A stretch of 64,000 nucleotides of DNA from Chiloscyllium plagiosum (GCF_004010195.1 NC_057718.1:90284933-90348932), one strand, 5' to 3'; shown: positions 11,790-24,825, numbered from the stretch's first letter. Made by a program: numbers and translations. Notes: a model not told the origin generated them from the letters alone.

Positions 11790-12112
11790 AGCCTAGTGGT
11801 AGTACCACTGGACTGTTAATCCAGGTAATATTCTGGGGACCCTGGCTCAAATCCTGCCATGGTGGAATTTGAATTCAATAAAATTCTGGAAATATGAGTC
11901 GAATGATGACTGTGAAACCATTCCTGATTCTTTAGGGGGAGAAACCCATTTGGGTCACTAATGTCCTTTAAGGAAGGAAAGTAACATTTTTACCTGGTCA
12001 GGCCCTCATGTGACTCTATGAATTTAGTTAACTGTTGACTGCACTCCGGGCAATTAGAGATGGACAATAAATGCTGACCCTGCCAGTGAGATTCATGTCT
12101 TGTGAATGAATT
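11790..12112 (+). mobile_element. tRNA-headed SINE-like element sharing both 5' and 3' ends with the second LINE family
   Basis: Head TAGTGGTAGTACCACTGGACTG...GGCTCAAATCC; tail GGGCAATTAGAGATGGACAATAAATGCTG matches the LINE 3' end at 31626-31680. Confidence 0.7.
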
Positions 12113-12699
12113 TATTAAAAATGCAGTGCATAATCCTGTCAGTGGTGATGAAGTTATTAAATGGGGAGCTATTTAAAGACTAGACTGATGAGCCAAATAT
12201 TTTTGCTTTGCAACGGCAAATCCTTTCAGACAGACTTTCGTTAATTCACCTTTAAATAAATATTGAAGTGCTTTATTGTAAGGCTTGTTCTGTGTTAGGA
12301 AGTTTGACTTAATGGAAGAATATTTTATGGATTTCAAGTGATGATTCAAGAGCTGATGCTCTGTAAACATATGTGTGACACCTACATGAAACAAATAGAG
12401 AATACAATGAACAATGGATCTCACTATAAGTGGCTTTTTAAAAAAGGATTTGAGCTACTTATGATAGAATATTTAATCTAAATAAAGTGAAGCTGTCTCT
12501 GCTTCTGGCAATGTGAAATTTTCAAGTGCACACTGAGAACATCATAGAATGAAAATAATCCAGGGAGTAGATAGGAGATGTCTTAAACTTAGATTCATTC
12601 TTTGTCAAGGTTCATTGTGAAGTAGACTCCTCACAGAATTTCAGACAGGCATGAGCTGCAGCCACTGAACTTTACATGCTTACACTGCACCAACTCCAA

Positions 12700-12830
12700 T
12701 TTTTGAAAAGATTTGAACCTCAGGTTGATTATGAGTATGTAAGTTAGCTCGCTGAGCTGGAAGGTTTGTTTCAGATGCTTCGTCACCATGACTAGGTAAC
12801 ATCATCAGTGAGAGTCTCTGGTAAAACGCC
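12700..12830 (-). mobile_element. PLE-derived element, family C fragment
   Basis: Reverse complement reads TCACTGATGATGTTACCTAGTCATGGTGACGAAGCATCTGA...CCTTCCAGCTCAGCGAGC, the same family as 14194-14386. Confidence 0.7.
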
Positions 12831-12929
12831 AGTGGTACTCCAACTCCAACCTTCAAACCCACTGGTGGGATTGTTCATCTCAGCCACAGGCCTCCGGGAG
12901 AGTCCTGAAAGACTTTCCCCACAACGTCA

Positions 12930-13262
12930 GGTGGAACTGTGGCTCAGTGGTTAGCACTGCTGCCTCACCGCGCCAGGGACCCAGGTTTGATTCCATCCTC
13001 AGTTGACTGTCTGTGAGCAGTTTGCACATTCTCCCTGTGTCTGCATAGGTTCCCTCCTAGTGCTCTGGTTTCCTTCCACAGTTCAAAGATGTGCAGGTCA
13101 GGTGGATTGGCCAAACTAAGTTGCCCAGTAGTGTGCAGACTAGATGGGTGAGGAATGCTGGAATAAGGTGAGGGAGACGGGTCTGGATGAGATACTGGTC
13201 AGAGGGTGACTGCAGACTTGACGAACTGAATGGTTTGCTAATGCATTGAAGGGATTCTATGA
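12930..13262 (+). mobile_element. HE1-like V-SINE
   Basis: GGCTCAGTGGTTAGCACTGCTGCCTCAC...GGTTTGATTCC, V-domain and tail. Confidence 0.85.
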
Positions 13263-13357
13263 ACAGCTCCACCTCCTCACAACCCCTGTCAGCATCCATT
13301 TTTTTAATCACAGTGCTCCTGGCCAGTGTTCAAGAAGCATCCCATATGCAACACGCG

Positions 13358-13430
13358 TCTGGCATGTTTCGATGCCAATCTGGCATGTTCCGATGCCAGT
13401 TTGTCATGTTGCTGTGCCACTTTGATGCCA
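13358..13430. repeat. Short 21-bp tandem repeat (about 3 copies)
   Basis: TCTGGCATGTTTCGATGCCAA / TCTGGCATGTTCCGATGCCAG / TTTGTCATGTTGCTGTGCCAC. Confidence 0.6.
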
Positions 13431-14193
13431 CAAAAAAAATTGATCAAGCCAAATCTTCAAGCAATGCAGGTGAGTCAATAAAACTGGCAGTCCTGAACGT
13501 TTGTTTAATTCCGTCAGACTAAATTCAAAGGCCACTAGAATTTCACACACGATTAAGAAAGGTACAAATGTTAAACATGCGGAAATGGGTTGACCCTTCC
13601 AGTTTGGTGTTCCTTTGATAAGCCTTTGTTTTGACTTTGGTTCTGCACTTACTGAGTTTTGAGGACTTCATAAAATAGATTGGTCTGTGTTGGAAAATAA
13701 GATTCCACTATCCCCACAGGCAGGACAGACTTGCATGTAATCAGTGCCAGGAGCTCAGTATAAACTTAGATTGATCAAATGAAAAATAAGGTGAAATTGA
13801 ACATTGTGCTAAGCCGCTAGCCTTACGAGCTGCAGGATAGCTTTCAAAGGCACCACGTCTAAAACTATGACAAGCTAATATTCTGCTTGGATGTGACATT
13901 TAATGCTTTGACTAAAATACTAGCACTGGGCATCATGCAATAGAAATGGCATTCCAGGAAACAAGGTTATTGTTTTGCAATTTGGATCTGATTCTTTGTA
14001 TGTCTGCTCAGGGACTGCAGGACCCTGGTGCTGTAAGCTAACAGGCTTTTCTGGCTACTACCCAACAGGGTCCCTCACAATGACTTACAATTAGACACCC
14101 TGTGGTATTCAAGACAAATCTATTGAGGAAGTTCAGACTGAAGATGGTAAAACCCATCCAAAATTTATTTGCTTAAAAAAAACCCATTCAAAT

Positions 14194-14386
14194 TTAGGTT
14201 TGCTCGCTGAGCTGGAAGGTTCATTTTCAGACGTTTCGCCACCATGCAAGGTAACATTCATTCGGGAGCTCACTGATGATGTTACCTAGCATGGTGATGA
14301 AACATCTGAAAATAAACCTTCCAGCTCAGCGAGCAAACCTACATCCAGAACCTCAACCTGAGCTACAAATCTTCTCAAAACTCACT
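14194..14386. mobile_element. PLE-derived palindromic element, family C, with 13-bp TSD
   Basis: Arms AGGTTTGCTCGCTGAGCTGGAAGGTT...AACCTTCCAGCTCAGCGAGCAAACCT; TSD AACCCATTCAAAT at 14181-14193 and 14387-14399; CTGATGA...GAAACATC at 14273-14306. Confidence 0.8.
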
Positions 14387-14979
14387 AACCCATTCAAATC
14401 ATCATTCATTGACTGGCAGACCAAAGCATGACTATTCTGACGAAATACCAGTATTTACGGTAATGGAATGAATGAAATGGTAGATAATTGAGTGTCTCCA
14501 AAAGTTTATAATTGATGGTTGATAAAATGACACCCGAGAGAATTCAAATTACATAAAAGCATCAAAAGAAGCCTTACTTCTTGTGCAACTCCACATGATG
14601 CTGAGTCCAATGAACAAATACCGATGACAAACCACAGCAACTCTTGACTGCAAGCCTGGGTTTTCCCCGCCCATTATCACACTCGGATCACAGTGGTACT
14701 ATCCTGCCTCAAATTGATCAGAGACTGCCAGAAAAACTCACCAGGTCTGGCAGTATCTGTGGAGAGAGAAACTGAGTTAACCTTCCCAATCCAAAATGAT
14801 CCTTCCCTGGAACTGAGATCTTCTTCCTGCTGTGAATGGCATATTGGACACTGATTGATAAATCTGAAAAGTGAGGGAGTGACTGTAGAGGGGAGTAGCA
14901 GTCCCTCACTTGCCTTTGAAACCCCTTCACCTCCTTTCCCTCTCTTCCCTCTCTGATGCTCCCTTCTTCCTCTTCAATC

Positions 14980-15168
14980 CCCTTCCCTCTTTATGGCCCA
15001 CTACCTCCTCTGCAGCCCTTCACCTCTTTTATAGCCCCTCTTCTCTCTGTACTGCCTCTCCCTCCCCTTTATAGCCCCTCTTCCCTCTGTACCGCCCCTT
15101 CTCCCTCCTTTACAGCCCCTCTTCCCTCTGTACCGCCCCCTCCCTCCTTTACAGCTCCTCTTCCCTCG
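14980..15168. repeat. CT-rich ~37-bp minisatellite
   Basis: Repeating CCTCCTTTA(T/C)AGCCCCTCTTCCCTCTGTACCGCCCCT units. Confidence 0.75.
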
Positions 15169-15669
15169 CTGACGATTGGTTCATAGGAAGCCTATCGGCA
15201 TTAAGTGCGGGAAATTACCAACTTCTGATTGGAGAATTGACTCTCACAGTTTGTTACAATTTTACTTAGATGGATGATTTTTTCCTGATTGGTTGCTTCA
15301 ACAATACCATTCCCCCCCTACGGGTGGAGTGAATTTGGGGATATTGCATTCAGATCTGTTCCTCCTGTCCCCACCACCCTCTGTGTTTTCACCACTGATT
15401 GCCACACTGTTCCACTATATATTGCTCTTTGTTTACACTGGCCCGATCAGGTATCTTATCCAACAGTAGCTTTCCCATCTATGTTTCACAAGTATGACCA
15501 TTATTAACAAGACAGGCTGATATGAGCATTTTCTCCACTAGATCATAATACTGTAATGACATAACTTCCCCCAGAGGTCCTTTTGAACTGAGCAACAAGT
15601 AACACCCTTGTTCATAGTTTGACTACTATTGCAAAAACAGCCAGCTATCTAACATCACTCACACATTGC

Positions 15670-16735
15670 ATTTGATTTGTTTGATTTATTATTGTCACAG
15701 GTACAGAAAATTATTGTTTTGCCTGCCAACCAGACAAACCATACCTTGCATAAGTACATAATGGTAATAGAATAGAATGCAGAATACAGTGTTACCACTA
15801 TGTGCAGACAAAAATCAACTCAAATATGTGGGGGGTTCATTCATAAGCCTAATATCAATGGGGAAAAGGCTGTTCTTGAACCTGTTGATATGTGTTTTCA
15901 AACATTTGTGTCTTCTGCCTGATGGAAGAGGGTGGAAGAGAATATAATTGGGGTGGGAGCGGTCTTTGATTATTTTGGCAGCTTTCCTGGGACACTGGGA
16001 AGTGTAGATGGATTCAATGGAAGGAAGGCTGGTTTACATGATGTTCTGGGCTGTGTTCACAACTCTCTGTAATTTCTCACAGTCCTGGGCAGAGCAGTTA
16101 CCCGACCAAGCTGTGATGCATCCAGATAGAATACTTTCTGTGGTGCATCTATAAAAATTGGTCAGAGTCATTGTGGAAATGCCGAATATCCTTAGCCTTC
16201 ACAGAATGGAGAAACATTAGTGTGCTTTCTTGAGTGTAGTGTTGACGTGGCTGAATCGGGATATTCACTCATAGTCTCTTGGCCAATTGTACCTCAGTAC
16301 CATTGATACAGACAGGGGCGTGTCCTCCACTCTGCCCCCTTTGGTTGATGACCAGTACCTTTGTTTTGCTGACATTGAGGGAGAGGTTGTTGCCTTTACT
16401 CCACACCATTAAGGCCATCTATCTCTTCCCTGTACTCTATCTCATTGTTGTTTGAGATCTGCCTCATTATGGTGATATCATCAGCAAATAAATAGAGTTT
16501 GAGCTGAATTTGGCCACACAGTCGTGGATGCATAAGGAGTACACTAAGGGCTGAGAACATAGCCTTGTGGGGCACCTGCATTGGGGATTATTGTGGAGGA
16601 GGTGTTGTCACCTATCCTTACTGATTGTGATCTGTGGGTCAGGAAGTTGAGAATCCAGTTGCGGGGGAGGGAGCAGAATCCTCAGTCTCAGAGTTTGGAG
16701 ATGGGTTTTGTTGGAATTATGGTGCTGAAAGTAGC
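15670..16735 (-). mobile_element. Rex1/Babar-like LINE 3' part (RT)
   Basis: Minus strand LFADDITIMRQISNNNEIEYREEIDGL, with an upstream ...TIIPTKPISKL.../[17 protein letters not shown] block typical of Rex/Babar RT; (TCAAA)-type tail near 15670. Confidence 0.8.
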
Positions 16736-18102
16736 ATTGTTTCAGGGTGGGCCAACATCCATAGACTATGGGGTTTCCAAACAGCCTCCATGTTTCATAC
16801 TGGGTAAAAGGGAGGGGCAAAACCCAGTGATTATTATTGACATCCCAGTATATTACAATGACCTTTCTCATCCAAACTAGACAGGCTGGCCTTGAACTAC
16901 ACTTGTACTCTGTAAAGTATCCAATCTTTATGTGTGTGTGTGTGCGCACATGTGAGCTCATGTGTGAGACTGAGTGTGTGGTTGTGTGGTGTTGCAACAA
17001 GCTGAAGTGAGTGTCTGGGAATAGAGAGCCTTCTTTGTGTTTAAACGCATAAAAGCTTGCTGCTGAATTGTTTAACTCGAATAAGCACAAGTGTTAGAAG
17101 GGATTTGACTTATTTCCATTCTGTACTAATTCAAGCAATAAGAGAGCATTTCAAGTCTGCCCACGACAGGGTGAAAGAAATTGAAATGGGTTCTTTCTTT
17201 ACACCATTTTTTAATGATACTTAGAAATGTTCGGAATCAGATTTAGAGGTAAGGACAGGAAGAGGTTTCAATTCTCCCGGCAGTACATTTCACCATTCAC
17301 TGTGAAGGATTCATACAGATAATCAAACTGAAGCATGAACTCTGTTTCCCTTCCCACTGGAGCTGCCAGCATTTCTGGTCTTCATATCAGAATCCCAACG
17401 TCTACAGTATTTGACTCTTGCTTTTTCTCTTCGCGTTGAGAAATCTGTGGACGGCTGGTGCTTGCAGAGGTTCTGTGTGAGGCAGGAAAGGATACAGAAC
17501 CATGAAGAGCCAACGTCTTTGGTGAATGATAGCAAAGATGATATGGATAAGCAAAAGAAGTTGGTTTCTAACTTAAGAATTGTGTGGGAAGCTTCCCTCC
17601 TGTGCATTAGGCAAAGTGACAGCAACACTTTTATAAAATAATGTGCTTCTGATTTCACCACACTTAACTTGCACAAGAACTCTTCCCTCTAAGTGTGGCT
17701 TTATTTCAGAAGCAAGTTATTTTTAAAAATTTGCTCGGAAAACAAATCCTCTTATATTAGCTAGAATGTGCTCCCTGCATGTTACCTCAATTTTCTTGGC
17801 GTCATGTAATTGCTTCTCATTACTCTGTTTTATGATTTACAATTGCTGGCAGTCTGGGAGTAAGCATTTTATGAATGTTGGATGAATCCTGTGACATTAT
17901 GAATGGGGAGAATGGACTACAGCTGAATAGTCGTTCAGAAAGTCGATGGTTGAAACAGCATGGGTCTACGGAACAGGAAAGAACCACACCAAATTTATGC
18001 TTTCAAACAGTAGTTTGAATGTAATAAAAAGGGGTGATTGAGAAGCTCGTGATTATACAGTTTACTGCCACCAACAAGTCTGGGAAATTCACTAAACCAT
18101 AC

Positions 18103-19183
18103 GGGACTTTAACTTTCCAAATATTGACTGGAAATGCTATAGTTCGAGTACTTTAGATAGGTCAGATTTTGTCCAATGTATGCAGGAGGGTTTCCTGATA
18201 CAGTATGTAGATAGGCCAACAAGAGGCGAGACCATATTGGATTTGGTACTGGGTAATAAGACCATAAGACCATAAGACATAGGAGCGGAAGTAAGGCCAT
18301 TCAGCCCATCGAGTCCACTCCGCCATTCAATCATGGCTGATGTTGAACCCAGCCAGGTGTTAGATTTGGAGGTAGGTGAGCACTTTGTTGATAGTGACCA
18401 CAATTCAGTTATGCTTACTTCAGCAATGGAAAGGGATAGATATATATCATAAGGCAAGAGTTATAGCTGGGACAAAGGCAATTATGATGCGATTAGGCAA
18501 GATTTAGGATGCATAGGATGGGGAAGGAAACTGCAGGGATGGGCACAATTGCAATGTGGAGTTTATTCAAGGAACAGCTACTGCGTGTCCTTGATAAGTT
18601 TGTACCTGTCAGGCAGGGAGGAAGTGGTTGAGCGAGAGGGCCGTGGTTTACTAAAGAAGTTGAATGTCTTATTAAGAAAAAAGAGGAGGCTTATGCAAAG
18701 ATGAGCCGTGAAGGTTCAGTTAGATGGCTTGAGAGTTACTAGTTAGCCAGGAAGGACCTAACGAGAGAGCTAAGAAGAGACAGGAGGGAACATGAGAAAT
18801 TGTTGGCAGGTAGGATCAAGGAAAACCCTAAAGCTTTCTATAGATATATAAGGATTAAAAGAATGACGAGAGTAAGATTAGGACCAGTCAAGGATTGTAG
18901 TGGGAAGTTGTGTGTGGAGTCCAAGGAAATAGGGGAAGCGCTAAGTGAATATTTTTAGTCAGTATTCACAAAGGAAAAAGACAATGGTGTCAAGGACAAT
19001 ACTGAGATACAGGCTACTAGACTAGACAGGATTGAGGTTCACAAGCAACTCTGGAAAGTATGAAAATAGATAAGTCCCCTGGGCTGGATGGGATTTATCC
19101 TAGGATTCTCTGGGAAGCTAGGGAGGAGATTGCAGAGCCTTTGGCTTTGATCTTTATGTCATCACTGTCTACAGGAACAGTGA
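18103..19183 (+). mobile_element. CR1-clade LINE ORF2 internal fragment (APE C-terminus and tether)
   Basis: GDFNFPNIDW, CMQEGFLIQYVDRPTRGETILDLVLG, SDHNSV, KENPKAFYRYIR, KSPGLDGIYPRILWEAREEIAEPL. Confidence 0.9.
18260..18342 (-). mobile_element. Short CR1 3'-tail insertion nested in a CR1
   Basis: (ACCATAAG)2ACATAGGAGCGGAAGTAAGGCCATTCAGCCCATCGAGTC is the reverse complement of a CR1 3' terminus like that at 21860-21937. Confidence 0.75.
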
Positions 19184-20494
19184 CTAATAATGACTGCCAT
19201 AGGAAAGGCAACTTTTACATGGTTTGCTGACTCAGCAGGATGAGGTTTGCATCGCTAGGCCAAATGAAGTCTGCAACTGCCCAAGAAGTAGATGCTACCC
19301 AGGGTCAGGATGTGTTCCTCTGGGGGCAGGTGGAGCTCCAAAAACAATGATTTTGTTTGACAGGCAGCTATCGTGGTTGATGGCTCCAAAACAAATGTTA
19401 AATTAGATACGTGCTCAGGCTAATCTGTTCTTTCTTACCACGGTAATGCCTCAATTTCTCCAATTATCTTCTACAAATCTTCAAGGTGCAACAGAAGCCA
19501 TAATAAGAGCATGAGAACATCTGTAAGCTATCCTTCACTGCGTATCGAGAGCCAACCATGATGCTGTACATACCATTCCCAGTCAGAATTGTTCTTTAGT
19601 AAACAGAGACTCTTGTGTAGCTTTGAATCTTCACAATTCACCCCAGCTGCAGCAGAAATTGAAGTTATTAATTGCCCTGTGAACCAGTCTTCATTGGAGT
19701 AATACCATTCCAAGCTCCATAAAAGAAATATGACAATATTTCAGCTTTCTTTGAAGTAAGGTTAGCAGAAGTAGCAAGAGGATGCCCAGAAATCGATGGC
19801 GAGCATCAGCAAGGGTAACATTCTATTTCTCAATTTGCTCTTTCAGGGAAGATTGGAAGGGAATATTATTGGCAAAGAGGCAGATGATCCGTTGGATGAA
19901 GAGATCCTGGATCTTGCTACATTTTTTGATGATAGTACCATTGATGATGAAGTCTTTAAGGAGCCTTACCCCGTCATTGAAAAAGGGGAAGAAGAGATGA
20001 ATTGGTCTGAATTTTCCACTGAGCCCATGTGATCTAAGAAAAGCTTTTCAGGGAGGTATGTAAGTTCCAATGAACTCCAATTGACCTTGAGGGTTTTTGT
20101 CAGTCAGGTTTTCTGCGATTTATCCTCCTTGTTATTTCAGACAGGCTTTTATAAGGATTACCGTCCAGGGGACAGCTGTCATGAGAAGTTTCCATTCCAC
20201 TCCATTTCCTTCCAAGGAACTGATAGCAGAGTACAGAGGTCCTATCTGTCCTTCAGGAGAGTTGAGAACACAGTTGGAGATTGACATCTCAGGAGCAAAA
20301 GACTTGGAGAAGAAGAGATACATATAAGATGGGCAGAAAGAGTAAATAGTTCATTAGGTCAACAGTTTATGGAAAGGGTAAAGCTCGGAGGAGATGTGGC
20401 ATAAAGGGTTAACTATACCTGTTCTTGAATAGCTATGCCACAGTGATACCAAATCACATGGTCTAGAACTTTAGTCTGTAGTGTTTCAGAGAAT

Positions 20495-21937
20495 GCACTT
20501 CTGATTTCCAGTAGACTTTTGAAAAGGTGTTGTACACAAGGCTTCTCAATAGGATAAGAGCCCATGATGTCAGGGGCAAGGTACTGGCATGGATAGAGGA
20601 TTGGCTGGCTGGCAGAAGGCAGAGATTGGGGATAAAGGATGGCAGCCAGTGACTAGTGGAGCTCTGCAGGGGTCAGTGATGGGACCACAACTATTCATAT
20701 TAAACATTAAGGGAAAACCCAAGGGACTTAGGAGTCCTAGGTCACAATGCTGTTAAGGTTAACAAGCAGGTTCAGTTGGCAGTAAGGAAATGCAGTGTTA
20801 GCATTCATCTCAAAAGGGCTGGAATACAAGAGTAAAGATGGACTGCTGAGGCTTTATATGGCTCTGATCAGGCCACATTTGGAATATTGGGAGCAATTTT
20901 GGGCCCCATATTCTCAGGAAGGACATGCTGGCCTTGGACAGGGTCCAGACAAGGTTTATAAGGATAATCCCGAGGATGAAGGGTTTGTCATGCAAAGAGC
21001 AACTTGAGGACTCAAGGTCTGTACTTGATGGAGGTTAGAAGGATGAGGGATGATCTCATTTGAAACTTACGGAATGCTGACAGGCCTGGATAGAGTGGAC
21101 ACTGAGAAGAGGTTTCCACTAGTAGGAGAGACTTGTACTGAGGACACAGGCTCAGAGTGATGGGCTGACTCTTTAGAACTGAGATGAGGAGGAATTTCTT
21201 CAGCCGGAATGTGGTTAATCTGTGGTACTCTGCCACATAGGGTTGTGGAGGTCAAGCATTTAGTGTATTTAAGACAGAGATAGATAGATTCCTAATTTGT
21301 TGTGAAACTTGAAAGGGTTCAAGAAAAGATGTACAAGGATGTTGCCAGACTTGCAGGGTTTGAGCTACAGGGAGAAGCTGAATAGGCTGGGACAGTTTTC
21401 CCTTAAGCAACTGAGGTTGAGGGGTGACCTTATGTACAGATTTGTAAAATCATGAGGGGCATGAATAGGGTTAGCAGACAAGTCTTTTTTCTGGAGTCCA
21501 GAACTAGAGAGCACAGGTTTAGGGTGAGAGGGGAAAGGTATAAAAAGGACCGAAGAGGCAACTTTTTCACACAGAGAATGATGCATGTATGGGAAGAGTT
21601 GCCAGAGGAAATGGTGGAGGCTGGTACAATGACAACATTTAAAAGGCATCTGGCTGGGAAATGAATAGGAAGGGTTTAGAGTGGTATGGGTCAAGTGCTG
21701 GCAAATGGGACGAGATTAGGTTAGGATATCTGGTCAGCATGGACGAGTTGGACTGAAGGGTCTGTTTCCGTGCTGTACACCTCTGTGACTCTATAACTCT
21801 AATTATAAGGGGATCAAGGGTTCCAGGGAGAAAGTGGGAGAATGGAGCTGAGAAACATATCAGCCATGACTGAATAGTGGAGCAGACTCGATGGGCTGAA
21901 TGGCCTAATGCTGCACCTTTATCTTGTGCTCTTATAA
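20495..21937 (+). mobile_element. CR1-clade LINE 3' part (host of a nested CR1)
   Basis: LAFISKGLEYKSKDGLLRLYMALIRPHLEYWEQFWAPY; the 3' UTR resumes at about 21800. Confidence 0.85.
21298..21798 (+). mobile_element. Younger CR1 3' fragment nested in the older CR1 3' UTR
   Basis: VVKLERVQ...; tail CTCTGTGACTCTATAACT; CTAATT on both sides (possible TSD). Confidence 0.8.
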
Positions 21938-22699
21938 CTTCTGTTTCAATGCTAAAGCAAAACCTGCAGCATTGTGTGCTTATGTTTCAGTGATAGACCA
22001 CTTCATTGAAACCATAACTAAGCTAAATATGATCTATCAAGCCAGGTTTCTGTCACGAGGCTGACTTGGCCAATAGTAACATCAGGTGGAATCATAACAC
22101 AAGCTATTTGACCTTGTGGAATTTCTCTTCCGCTGTCGTGCAGAACATCAAACCAAAGGGAGCTTTTACCCTTGTCTCTGTGATATCTCAGAGCTCATTG
22201 TGTCCACAGAAGTGCTAAAAAGGCAACTGCTCATCCCCAGCGATATGTTAAATGGATCTAGAGTGGGGATTGAGGAGTGGAGTGTGGAGGGAAACTTCTT
22301 TGGTCATGTGAAAACCCATTAATGACCACCAATTATCCATCAATGAGCAGCATCAATTCACTGAAACCCCTTTCGAATTTTGGAGAGCGTTAACTGATCA
22401 CCCATTCACCCACTGTGAGCTTTGAAGCAGTTTGTCTGATTGTACCAGTCAACATAGCAACAGACTGCAGGTTATCAGCTTGCCTAAATATCAGCATCCA
22501 AAACATGTTTCTGAGGAGTCTTGATTTCACCTAAAAAGCGAATCAATCCTCTGCCTAGAGATGTCTCTGGGAGGTGCCAGAGCAACCTGCTGCCTTACCC
22601 TGACTGTGAAGGAACTCTACAGCTCCGGTTTCCAGCCTTGTGGGCTCTGATCCTTCTGGTGAATTGAAACCTATACTGTGTGACTTTAATACTCATTGA

Positions 22700-23030
22700 T
22701 ATGTAAGTATGTGTCTCTGTGTGTATTTTGTATGCATCTGTGCATGGCTATGTGTGCATGGGTCTGTGTGTGCATGGGTCTGTGTGTGCATGGGTCTGTG
22801 TGTGCATGGCTGTGTGTGCATGGGTCTGTGTGTGCATGGGTCTGTGTGTGCATGGCTGTGTGTGCATAGCTGTGTGTGCATGGGTCTGCGTGTGCATGGG
22901 TCTGTGTGTATGCCTGTTTGTGTCTGTGTGCACCTCTGTCTGAGTATGCATGAGGATCTATGTCTGTGTGTACATGTGTACACGTGTGTATCTGCCTACA
23001 TGTGCTTGTGTGGGCATATGTGGGTCCCTG
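22700..23030. repeat. TG-rich mini/microsatellite, (GTGTGTGCATGGGTCT)n core
   Basis: Repeated 14-16-bp units at about 22740-22910. Confidence 0.9.
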
Positions 23031-23792
23031 TCATGTAAAATCATTCCGGGATTGAATGTGAGAATAAGTAATGCCACTGGGGTTTAAACCTCAGATTATA
23101 TTGTGCACATCTCTTTAAAACTGACTTCACACATATCGAAGTTTCAAACTATACTTCAGTCTTTCCAAGACTGCAGTAATCTGTCTCTGTACAGAGTATG
23201 AACAGAATGAAGGAGTTCAGTCTGTAACCCTCCCCATGTCATGACACGTGTAATGGTAACAATATTGAGTTAACATAACGCGGTGGAAGGAAACACTTTA
23301 CTGAGTACCCTCTTCATGTATTCACCTTGTATCCCTGGTGTTTTGCCTTCATCCTCTACAGTAACAGATTACTTGAAATAAATTTTATAGTGTTCAATAA
23401 AATATTGCATAAAGTGTTAGTTGATCACCCAGATTACAAGTTGTAAAGGATTTAGTCCATTTGGTTTAAGAGTGTAGTTCCTAGCAATCTGTCTATTGAT
23501 GAAGTCCCACATTGCCTTCTATTCTTTATGATAGTTTCTGTGCTCGAGCTGGTAATGTAGTTGGACTAATTATTTGCATGTGGAGAGAAGAATGTTCATC
23601 AAAAACAGAAGTGTAGTTTGAAACTCCTCTGTGTGTGAAGCCGGTTTTCAAGAAATGTATAGAAGATGTTTCGGGTTTAAACTCCAGCGGCATTGCTTAT
23701 TCTCACATTCAACCCCGGGGCGGTTTTACGTGACTATGCTCAGAGACACATTCGTGTTCACACACACACACACATCTAGGCATGTGCACACT

Positions 23793-24547
23793 TAGAGTCA
23801 TAGAGATGTACAGCATGGAAACAGACCCTTCGGTCCAACTCGTCCATGCCGACCAGATATCCCAACCCAATCTAGTCCCACCTGCCAGCACACGGCCCAT
23901 ATCGCTCCAAGCCCTTCCTATTCATATACCCATCCAGTTGCCTTTTAAATCTGCAATTGTACCAGCCTCCACCACATCCTCTGGCAGCTCATTCCATACC
24001 CGTACCACCCTCTGTATGAAAAGATTGCCTCTTAGGTCTCTTTTATATCTTTCCCCTCTCACCCTAAACCTGTGCTCTCTAGTTCTGGATTCCCCCACCC
24101 AGGGAAAAGACTTTGTCTATTTACCCTATCCATGCCTCTCATGATTTGATAAACCTCTATAAGGTCACCCCTCAGCCTCCGATGCTCCAGGGAAAACAGC
24201 CCCAGCCTATTTAGCCTCTCCCTATAGCTCAACTCCTCCAACCCTGGCAACATCCTTGTAAATCTTTTCTGAACCCTTTCAAGTTTCATAACATCTTTCT
24301 GATAGGAAGGAGACCAGAATTGCACACAATATTCCAACTTTAGCCTAACCAATGTTCTGTAGAGTTGCAACATGACCTCCCAACTCCTGTACTCAATACT
24401 CTGACCAATAAAGGAAAGCATACTAAACGCCTTCTTCACTATCCTATTACCTGCGATTCCACTTTCAAGGAGCTATGAACCTGCACTCCAAGGTCTCTTT
24501 GTTCAGCAACACTCCCTAGGACCTTACCATTAAATGTATAAGTCCTG
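23793..24547 (-). mobile_element. CR1-clade LINE 3' fragment (young)
   Basis: ORF 24059-24439(-): KKAFSMLSFIGQSIEYRSWEVMLQLYRTLVRLKLEYCVQFWSP. Confidence 0.92.
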
Positions 24548-24685
24548 TACATATAGATGCACAGACATGGACACAGTTTTCATCAAAGCTGAAGACTTGG
24601 AGGAAATTTGGAATGATCTGCAGTGTCTGAGTCAGAACTCAAATTGGGAGATGAAGTAATAGGTTGTACTAGTAAGCCTGCAGTG

Positions 24686-24825
24686 GGGTTCTTCTGCTGC
24701 AGTGGTGGTGTCCCTATCTCTAGACCAAAAGTTCTGGGTTCAAGCACCTGTCAGGTTTAATTGGCCATGGAAGGAGTGTTCATCAGGTGACCAACAGGAT
24801 GACCAGTCTGTGAATCCTTCCACCA
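24686..24825 (+). mobile_element. Short tRNA-headed SINE remnant (related to about 33310-33400)
   Basis: TGCAGTGGTGGTGTCCCTATCTCTAGACCAAAAGTTCTGGGTTCAAGC has A/B-box-like spacing. Confidence 0.45.

Noticed and set aside
22693..23038. Cys/His-rich ORFs (also 48233-48614 and 54887-55396)
   Set aside because: Translations of TG/CA microsatellites.
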